Made by a program: the position numbers and the translations under genes. A model generated the notes under the pieces. The model ran no database searches and was not told where the DNA came from. It saw only the letters and a program-made list of their open reading frames with translations. Source: Amoebophrya sp. A120 (taxonomy: Eukaryota; Protista; Dinoflagellata). Taken from it: DNA of 64,000 nucleotides. The DNA is taken from contig CAJINV010000002.1 of NCBI GenBank assembly GCA_905178155.1, positions 8,637,224 to 8,701,223 on the forward strand, given 5' to 3'. The first letter of the stretch is position 1, and each line of letters begins with the position of its first letter. This document shows positions 23,701 to 33,800 of the stretch, piece by piece.

Positions 23701-26107
23701 GATCGCGTTTTGGCGGATCTTGTCCAGCACACTGCGTAGTCTCACGGTCGACGGCGCGGTCTTCCGTCGGTACATATCAGCATAGGAGATGTCTCGCGGC
23801 CACGGCGCATAGTTCGGCTTCAGCAGCTCGTCGGAGGATGACTCCCCGCTGCTCGTCGGCGGCGTTCCTGAAGAAGACTCAGCAGGGGCCGCCGCGCTCT
23901 TTTTCTCCAACGCTGTAGTGGCAGTCTTGCTTTTCATTTTTGCTTTGGGTTTAGTTTTCGCGGTAGCGTCATTGTTCTTTTCACCCAGTGCTAGTTCCTT
24001 CTTGGCTTTTGCAGCGGACGCGGCAGTCTCGCCTGCTTTGCGCGGCACACCGTAGAACCCGGTAAATAAACACTTCGCTCCAATCTGCACTGGAAGCAGT
24101 TCCGGCACGACCGCACCAAAGCAATCCCGGGGTTTCTCGCTCTCCTTTTCGGTAGCACCGAGCTTCGGTCGTGCAGGGTCGGCGCCTGTTGGGTTTGTGT
24201 CTTAGTAGGTTTTGCTGTCTACAGGAGGTGTACGAAGATATGTATCGAAAAACAAGCAGAATTGCGTGTCGTACCCATAGTTACTTCCTGCGTGTAAACG
24301 ATACCGACGCAAAATCCTTGATGATTTTGATATAGTACAGCTACCGCTGTAGCAATAGAATGCGATGCATCAAACAAAAAACACGACAAATCTAGATCAG
24401 CATGATCCCACCTTCTTTCACATTCACGTGTTCCGCCATCGTTTCTTGGAAATCGTCTGCGAAGTAAATGTCCGCCAGCGCGGGTAGAAAACAGCAATTC
24501 AAGCAGAATTTTTTCGATCTGTGCAGCTCCCGTATCTCTTTGTTCCGCATCAGCTTCAACTCCCGCTCTGTCGCTCGCCAAGTCGTGTCCTTCAGCCCCG
24601 ACGCAACAGACGCAACGTCGTACATCTTCGTCGCGTACCCAGCCTTTTTTGGTAAGCAATCCTCCCGAATGGCGCAGTGGATCCGCTCTTTGGCGTCGAT
24701 TTTCACCTTTTGGCGGTCCTGCACGAGAAATTGCGGGCCCCGGGCGAGTTGCATGCGCTTTGCCGTGCCGAGGGTCGAGTAGGTATCGGTTCTCTCGGCC
24801 CGCGTCGCGATGCACACCTTCGCTTTTCTCGTATTACAAACCTGCTGGATAAAGTTGATGCGCGCGCCATCTAAATCAGATCTCTGCGTCTCCCAGCGGA
24901 ACACCCGGGCGCCGCGGTCGTAGCGGTCGGCGTAGCGATTGCCGTGCGCGCTGTTGAACTGGACCTTCACTTCTTTCGGGTTCACGAAGAGAATGATGCA
25001 GCTGTTCGACGGGGTCATCGTCTCCCACGTCACGCCAGCCTCCTGCACGCCCAGAATACCGGACCCAAACGCCCCGAAAAAAACCTGGAAATTCTTGTGC
25101 TCCTCGTCTTTGTTTTTCTTCGACGAGGACGAGGCCGCGTGTCTGCCACTGTCCCCAGCTGCTCCGTCGCTATGTTTGAACACGTCGCTCATGACGAACT
25201 CGTATTGATGCCGGTACAGTCGCTGAAACGTATTGCGCTGGTCTTCGTCACAAAAACGCACATTCATGACCGACGCCTGGTCGGCATTCGTGGTGGACGC
25301 CGGGAGATCCTCCTCGAGGTCCAGGTTGATATCTCCGTCGACGTCTTGGTTCTTGTTACTCCTCTTGTTTTTGGTCGATAGCACGAGTGCACTGCTTTTC
25401 TTGTTTTTGAAGTTAGTACCCAAAGAAGTTTCATCTTCGTCCTCCAGGCAGATGACATCGTCGTTGTCATCCAAAACTTCTTCCTGATCCCGCTTATTGC
25501 TGGAGCTTGGGCGCTTGATTATCTTCTTCGGCCTGCTGCTCTTAGCCGGAGCGGGTGGAGAGGAGCCAGTAGCAGGCTCTGGGGCTTTGTTTTTGTTCTT
25601 TTCGTCCGCGATTTCCTCATCGGTATCAGGCAGCAGCTTCTCGTCGTTCAGCTTTAATTTGCCACTACTTGCACCGCCAGCGCCTGCACCCTTCGGGGGC
25701 TTGGATGTTGCGTTTTTGTCACCTTTGATGTCCCGCTCTTTATTCTCTTTCACCGCAGCAGTTTTTGGGGATCTATTGGCTTTGCTCGCTCCCGAAGATT
25801 TGCTTTTCTTATCGTGGTCTTTTTTTGGGCTCGGCTGCCGCTGCGCTTTATCGTTTCTTTCATTGGCAGCTGCACTTTTCTTCTTCACAGAAACCAGCGC
25901 TGTTGATGTTGTATTTTTCTTCTTCACAGCACTCGAGGGTGGCGGCTTCTTGCTTTTCACCGACGCACTATTCTTCCTGACCGGAGCGGGGCTCGGACTC
26001 CCCCGTCTCGCGTTTTTCGCAGCAGGTTTGTGCTTTTTTGCGTCTTTTGGTTTCACCTTCTGCGCAGCGCCTTTTTTCATCTGGATCTTCTTGGGCGGGG
26101 GCGGCAT
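20791..26107 (-). CDS. ~1700-aa putative chromatin-associated protein: Lys/Ala/Pro-rich N-terminus, DUF3427 (SRA/PUA-like) domain, tandem Agenet/Tudor-like repeats, C-terminal coiled coil. Two exons
   Basis: ORF 24392-26185 (ATG at 26107, MPPPPKK) joins ORF 20791-24108 through a phase-1 GT-AG intron. Motifs IILFVN..RYADRY..VFRWETQ..VCIATR..YSTLG and YEVGEMVEVRDWVEDDWVKGRVEEV / FIRPLPFTKGQRVRVV..WGQV. Confidence 0.8.
24186..24411 (-). other. Canonical GT-AG intron (phase 1); acceptor at 24186 (CAG) or 24201 (AAG)
   Basis: GAAG|GTGGGA donor at 24411. Both acceptors are in frame and lie downstream of the in-frame TAA that bounds the second exon, which has no ATG of its own near its start. Confidence 0.65.
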
Positions 26108-27816
26108 CTTTGAAAACGTCAATGTTGTTAGGAACAATCTCCGCGATCGGTATCTATACTTGAGTATCAGGTCAGAAGAGATCAAGATAGGCAGAAAACA
26201 AAGATACGTCCATGATAGAGTCGTGTGGCCGAAGTCTTGAGGCTTTCGAACATTCTATACTTCTACACAAGATGCTCGTCGTGCGATTGTGAAGTAGCGC
26301 CGTAACATAAAAGATGACGCGCATCTTTCGGTCTCAAACATCTTTCTCGAATTCGGATCAATCTACACACAAACCGCTGTGGGTGGTGGTAGATAAAATG
26401 CTGCTCCTCTTGTAAACTGAAATTGAATGTGTCTTCCACTTCTCATCATGGTCAACGACGTGCCGACATCCTCAAATTGCGCAACACGCCTGATGAAGGC
26501 TGTTTACTACTGACTACGTAGACTTTCTGCGTTGCATGATTTTCGCTCATAGGCGGCGTGTGAGATGGCACTTTCTGTTGCTCCTTAACCTTATACTAGA
26601 CTCGTCTTCATCTCACGCATAAAATTTTGAAACACCACGCCACTCCGCTGCGACGAACAAGTTCCCGTACCAAAAAACACACAAACGCGTTGTCCGCCTT
26701 TTATTGCGTGCGGAAGTTGTGCCGACAAGCAACTAGTTATCTTTTTGCATGCATGCTACAACCGCTGTCCTTTTGACAAAATTCAACAAAAAAGAAATAA
26801 TCTCAATTGTGACCACATTCACACAAGCACAGTATTCTCGTAAATCGATCCATGTTGGCGGATGGAAACTTAATGTGCTTTGGCGGCAATTGTTTTTGCA
26901 GCAGCGATTTTCTACATTTGAGCACAAGATAAGGGTTCGTTTATTGCAGGAGTAGAACGGAAGAAGATCATTAAGACAGAGATTCACTTCGTACCAGCCA
27001 TACTAGTCCTAACGTAATTGCTTGCGTGACGAAAAAAAAGTATCTGTATTGACAAGAATGCTTGCATGTAATTGAGATGCATTGTAACGCTTGATGATAG
27101 TTGCTCTTGCTACTTAAAGAGGTATACTTTCTTTTTTAGTCAAGTATATTCGGTTGCCTCTTCTGGACATTCAGGCGCGTAGAGGGTCTAGACCTAGATC
27201 AAAGTTCAAAACGATCGGGCTTTTACATCCATACGACGATCAGAGCGATATTCTCTAGAGTGCACGTGAGGCAGGAAAGTTGTCGAATACAACATACTTG
27301 TAGTACCAGTCGTGATACCAATGTGGATTCAGCGCCTGCAGCACAGCAGGTGCCGCTATGATGATTTAAATCTGTTCGACTCTAAGCCTTAGATTGTCCC
27401 TTATCGACTCCTATTCTTCTACGTCCCTGGAGTCTCATTATAGCTTGAGTAGGTAGTTGTTGGCTTTGGAAAGACGCGGCGGAAGAAGTGCTGTCGTTTT
27501 GTGCTGTTTTTTGGGTGCCTTGCTGCACCCCTTTGGTTATTTGTCGCCAAAGATTCCGGTCGAGACAGTCGCGAACCGTTGCGCGCCTTTTGGTCACGTC
27601 TGCGTGAACTTCATGCAGCCAGGTGCCGCTATATTCTCAATCTCAACAACGCAACGAGAGAAACTAATTATAGCAGGAGCCCAGGCCTATTTTCCAATTT
27701 TTATGTACTTACTTTCCGAAGCTGTCCTTTTCTTTCCGTGTTGCATGCTAATTTTTCAAAAACTGTCCTATGTGTTATAGTACTTATTTCTATTGCATCC
27801 AAAACTGGCAACAGCA

Positions 27817-30800
27817 TTATGGCGCGGGCATTGATGGCGCTTCCATTGTCCCCGGCCACAAGTCATCATCCGGATCATCGCCTTCCTGAATGTCGGCCCA
27901 ACTTTCCATCCGAAATTCCCTTTTGGTGCTGGAAGGCGTGGCCCCCGCCGCACTCGAGGGGGTTCCAAAAGACGAGGATCTGAGGTAGAACGGAGTTGTA
28001 GTTGCCGCGCCCGCTGTCGTGCCGGATGCAGTTGCTGCAGCTCCTCCTCCCGACGAACTTGCCGTTGACTTCGGAGTTTCGAAGCGGGAGTGAGTCGCCG
28101 GCGTTAGATCGTTGCTCACTGCAGAATCTTCAAGTTGAAGCCTCCTTTTTCGCCGAGAAGTACTAGATGACGAGGCTCCTCCTGCGACCGGTGTGCCAAA
28201 GTTCTTTTCGTCAAGCCTCGGAGGCGCGGGGCGCTGCAGCTCACCCCGCCCGAACTGGAGAGAAGATGGCTTCATCTTCATCTTCTGGGGGTGTTCTTGA
28301 GTAGTTCCACTCCGCTCCTGCTCCTCCGCTTCAGAGCTCCGCTGGTTCCGGTTCCAGGGCTCCTGTCCGATTGGAAAGCGCCGCGCGCTACTGTTCTCTT
28401 CAACAGCTGGAAAAGATTCCCGGTCCAACATTCTTTCGTCCGATGCTGGGTCATGACCCGCTGTGAAGACGGCGGGAGCACTGTCTTCACTTTTTTTAAC
28501 AACAGTGGCTTCTTGATGCGCAAGGACTGGAGTACGCTTGTACTTCATCAGTCTTGCATTGAATTCGTCCGCGTTGCGGAAAATAGGAGAATCCGTTCTC
28601 GTTTTCATCCCGCTACTTGAAGATCCCGAACGGGGAACGTTGTCCTTCTCTCGAGTACTTGCTTTATTATTTTCGGTATCATGCCAGGCCTGCTGTTCCC
28701 TTGATTTCATCGCTTTCGCTTTTGGCGCCGGACGGACAGCACCATAAGCTTTCCACGCCGGGGCAACATGCGTGTTACCGTGTGGCTCCTCTTGACCAGC
28801 AGCAGCAGATTCGTCCGATCGCTGACGATCGAAGCCCTGCAGCTTCCGAGCACCGCGAGTGCCGCGTCTGCTGTGTAGATGACGGTCTTTCGCGCCTTTC
28901 CTAGACTGCTGGTCGTCAGACAACATCATATCTGGTGCACTGCCAGATGCACGACGACTGCGCTGATCTTTACTTCCAGCTGCCATGCGCTCCGCCACTA
29001 CAGCTTCTTCTTCTCTTTCCCTTCTTGCCTCTTGCTCCGCCGCCTGCTTTGCGAGTAAATGCGCGTGCGCCTCCCAGCCCGCGAGGTAGTCGTCCTCAAA
29101 TTGTTCGGCAACATGCTCGTAGCAAGCATTAGAGGAACACGCAGGGGAAGGTGGTCGCGGCTCCCCTAGTTGTTCTGGCTCTCGTCCTGTCATATTGAAA
29201 TTTTGGGCACGCTCCGATGGCGCAGAGGAAGATCCTCGGGCACCTGTTAATACCTCCTTCGCGTTTATCGCAGTGGAGGAGGACGCGGATGACACCACGG
29301 ACTGCCAGCATTCCGGAGCCGGACTTCTGCAGGAAAACGCATCTTCCTCCTGCTCGCCCACACTTACAAAGCCCTGGGAGGAAGAATTTCCCTGTTCAAT
29401 AGAACCGAAAGACTGTGAGTGTGGTATCTTCTGGCGAACAAGTCCTCTCGGGCCTGCTGCACCAGAGGAACTGGGGATTGAAACGTGCTGGCGTTGCCGA
29501 TCCACCGGCGATCCCGTGGGAACCCGACTTTCCGAGCCGATAGAAAAGTCGCCGAGAAGAACTCCAGCCGTCGAGTCTTTACTTGCGTAACTCGAGTATG
29601 TAGTGGCAGCAGGCTCCTGCGTGCTGGTAGTGGACGCGAACGACCAAGGGTTCGACTTAATGCCGCCTCCAGGAGGTTGTTGTACGCCAACAACTCCAGG
29701 AGAGCTCCTGCTTGTGCTATTTCGGGCAGGAGAAGCGGTTTTTGCGGACGGACTAGAGGGATCATCGACGTGATTTCCTCCTGAGTGTGCGTGTCGGTAG
29801 CTTCGCCCATGATCAGCGGGCTGCAACAACTTTGTGCTAGATTTCTTGTTTCGGCCCCTTTGTTCTTTCTCCCGAGAAGCCTCTACCGCGTCGATCAGGC
29901 CGTCTACCCACTTCCCTCCGGCAGCGTCGTCGTCGGGGCTATAGTCCTGCAAGGCCTTTTCCCATCCCTGCTCCTTGGTTTTGTCCGGAAGCTGTTTCAG
30001 GGGCAAAAACGTCAGCCGCGGTTCCTTTTCGTAGTCCGCGTTCAGGAGGTCCCGAGCCGCTTGCGCAATCCGCTCTGTGTTGTTGACCGTGGATGTTGGA
30101 CTCGCTCCTGCGGGTGCTGGTCCTTCATTTTTCGGGTAGGTTGATTGTAATTGTCCACCGGGTGTTCTCTGCACCACGCCCTGCGCCAATCGCATACGCC
30201 TGTTTCGCTCATCTCTGTCTTGTTTCTTGAACGCACGGAGCATCTGTGCAGACACAACAGTGCGACCAAAACCAACCTGTGGATTATATGCTTGCATTAG
30301 TGTTTGCGACTGGGACGAGGTGTCAACAAATTCTTGTCCATGATCGCCTCCATGATAACTCTGACCGTGATTTAGTTCTGCCATCTGGTTCTGCTGCTGT
30401 ACGGACGGCCCTGCTTGCTGTTCTACTACCGCAGCTGCGGTGGTCTTCCCTGTCGCAACTTGATGTTGTGCCTTCTGGTGCAAGCTCGCTTCATCCCTCG
30501 CAGACTGCATGTCGCGGTACTGGAGCCGGAAGGGGTTGTTATTCGGAAAAACGCCACGCAGGCAAGCCGCTTGGCAAAAGGACTTCAACCCCGCTCGTGG
30601 CTCGCAGACTGTTTTGTTCGGCAGCTGGTGTTGCACGTTCTGTTCCGAACTTGCTGCCTCAAGAGCCACGTCTTCACTGTTCTGCCCTTTGCTTCCACGC
30701 CGCTCTTCCGCTTTCAGCGCCACTCTCGCTTCTCTCCGCGCGCAGTTCCGCTGCTCCTTCTCTCGCGCAAGACACTCGCCCGGGCAAGTTGTGCGTCCGG

Positions 30801-33800
30801 AGTTACAGCTGTCCATGATCGCGGGCACTAGGACCATCTGGCACCACATGTTCCGATCTTGCTCGCTCCAATACTCGTCTACCTGGACGGAATTGTACAC
30901 GAGTTTCGTGAGCTTCTTCTGCAGCAGCAACGGGTAGGGAGTAACTTCCGGCACGAGATTTTCCAACTCCACCAATGCCGCAAGAAGAGAAACGATTTTC
31001 CTCTTCGGCAGGCGCGGCTGCACAGGACGGGATTGCTGATCCCGATGGGCGACATCCACGTCCGTATCTGCTTGCACCAGCACCGCGGTCACGACCAGGT
31101 GCAGGAATTTTCGCAGCACGCTTCTATCCTGCTTCGTAATCAGCTGTGCCTGCGAGGCGATAGGATCCGTATTTGCGCGAGCTCCTTCGGCGGGGGAAGA
31201 AGACGGAATCTTCTGTTGCGGCTGCAGGATAACTACACTGCGGACGGTTTTTGAGAGCATGTATAACAAGGGGGTGAGGAATTCCAGGCTGATTTGCCGC
31301 TGATCGAGCATCTTCTGAAAATGCGGGCTCTGCTCTGGATCCGCATTCGCAAAAGCGAAAGACAGCGGCGCTCCGGTTTTGGGATCATAATCATCTGGAA
31401 TGAAACTGCCAACATCGAAAAAATCAACATTTGCGGTACTAGTACGTCCCGCCGCACCAGCATCTCCAGAGGTACCGCTGCCAACAACCGACCCGGCTGC
31501 AATGGTGGTGAAGGTCATATTGCTCGCTCCTGACCGGGTGCTCTCAATCGAAATCTGGCGGTCGTAGCGGTCATGCAGAGGCAGGTTGCGGCTCAGGTGA
31601 TCCGCGAGTTCTTGCTCCTCCTCCGACACATTTTTAAGCGCGTTGAGGTTCTGCGCACTCTTGTCTTGGTGTCCCATCGACAGCAAAGCTGTTGCACCGT
31701 GACGCTGCAGGTGCAGCAATGTTGGGTCTTGTGCAGCTTGTCTTCCGTCCGCAGCAGCTGCAGTGGTAGTTGCTTTCGAAGATCTGGACGAGGGCGCTAC
31801 AAACGGCTCCAGTAGTGATCTGATCAGTTCGAACAAGAAGTCCTTCAGCGGAAAGCCTGCGTTCGCACCCGAGGGTGTTGCAGTTGTACTGGGTCGTCCA
31901 CCATCGTCGCTATCCTTCAAAACCAACCCCTGGACTTGGATAGACTCGTAGAGTGATTTCAGCTCCAGGTTCTCTTTCGCCCCCTCTTGGTAGTGAAAGG
32001 GTTGCTTGGTCGTTAGCAACCAACCGAAGCGCTCGTTCGTTTTCGCTTCCAGTTTTTGGAGTGCCTGGTCCCGCTCTTCCGTCCCGGGTGCAGCAGAAAT
32101 CCGCAAACTTGCGCTCTCCTCGTCGAGGAGGACCGCGTGCGTCAAGATCTCCACGATCGGCACTGTTGTGTCTTGCCAGATGGTGTCTGCGTGGTCCAAT
32201 AGAGGTGCCTGCTCACTGCTTTCTTTAGCCAGTTCTGCCCGCCGGTTTTTGAACCGTTTCAGCTTCAAATGCAACACGTTGGTTGCGTAGGCAAACGAAT
32301 GGTGCGTGAGCCGGTTCAGACTCTCTTCGTAGCCCGTCAGCTTATCCAGTTCGTGCTGCAAGAGCCGCGCGCCCTGATCCATGCCGGCCTGCTTCGACGT
32401 GAGGATGTCATTTTCAAATTGCATAATCCGGCTCACAAGGGAACGCCGGGTCTCCGAGAGGAACGTCACAAGCGTTTGAAGCAGCTTTTTCACCGTTTTG
32501 GTGTCTTTCGGCAAATGCTGATACAGAGTTGACTTTTTTGGCTTGCTCGCCAACAGCGGATCACGCGATGCAGTAGTGCAAGAGCTGGTACTAGCAGGTG
32601 ACGAACAGTCAGTATGCTGGGAAGATGTCACCCGAGTCGTGCTGCTGCCGCTACTGTCCGCGGTTCCTTGCTGCAATGTCGCTGCCACGACCTGGTCACG
32701 TGAAGCACCAGTTCCTGCCTCTTGCATCGAAGAAAGTGGCGTCGGTGACAACTTCGCAACAGCTTGCGCTTCGTCCAAAGACTGGTCGTAGATCTGGTCC
32801 AATTTCACTTGATCCTCGATCTTTTTCATGATAATCGGAAACAGGCGCTGGTTGAAAAGCAGCAGGATCGACGGCGTGTTGATAAACGACGTTTTTGTGG
32901 CTTGTTCACTTGTTGCTCCTTTTCGGGACGGCGCGGACCCATCCTCTGGGCCGTATGGAATTTGATTCGTCGTGAAGAGACTCAGCCGCGTCAGATGCTG
33001 AAACACCGTGACCATCTCGTCCAACTTCACCCACTCGCGAATCAAATGGTTCCACTTTAGGCTGCTGGTCGTCCGCGTCGCCTGAAGCAGGACAAACCGG
33101 TGCAGAATGGCTTCCAACTGGACTTTCTCGTGGATGGAAAATTCGGCCAGCAGTCTTTCGTTGCCAAGGACACCCTCGGCAAGCGCTGTCAAAATCGTGT
33201 TGAAGTTGGTGAACTTTGCCGGCTGGTAGAGCAGCTGTTGACGCCGGTGTTTGTGCGACGACTGTGCGGCACGCTTCACCTCTCGCGCAATCATCTCCTC
33301 CATGCGCTTCGGCAACGGGATCCGAGGCGGACGCTCCTGATGGACAACATGACTATGATCACCCAGGAACTTAATGTTGCGCGCTGCAGATGACACCGAC
33401 AAAGACTCGGCGCACGACTCTTGTTTTGCATTGTGCGGCGCTGAGCCGGGCTTCAGATCCGGCGACGCCGCCGCTGACGCTGTGGTCGAGGTGCAAGCCG
33501 GAGAAGATGAAAGAAATGCAGCTTTTCCAACAGCTGCAGGAGAAGGAGCTGTATCTGCTGCACCCGTGCCCGCGCCACGACGAGCCTCGTCTTTCGGCCG
33601 AGCGCCCAGGACGGAGACGTACTCTGCAGCCTCCAGCATGGCAATGTGTCGGGACAGCAAGTCCAGAACCCGGAGCCACTGTCGCTTGTCATCCGGTCTC
33701 AGGACGTGCACCGCGGAAGCGATCCTTGCAATGTCGGCCCAACCAATCTCGTAAGACTCGTCTGCTGCTGCTAGACAAAAATCATCAGTAGAACCATGTT

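Noticed and set aside
26200-27800. Short ORFs in an AT-rich spacer
   Set aside because: No protein-like pattern or consistent splice signals; treated as intergenic/UTR.
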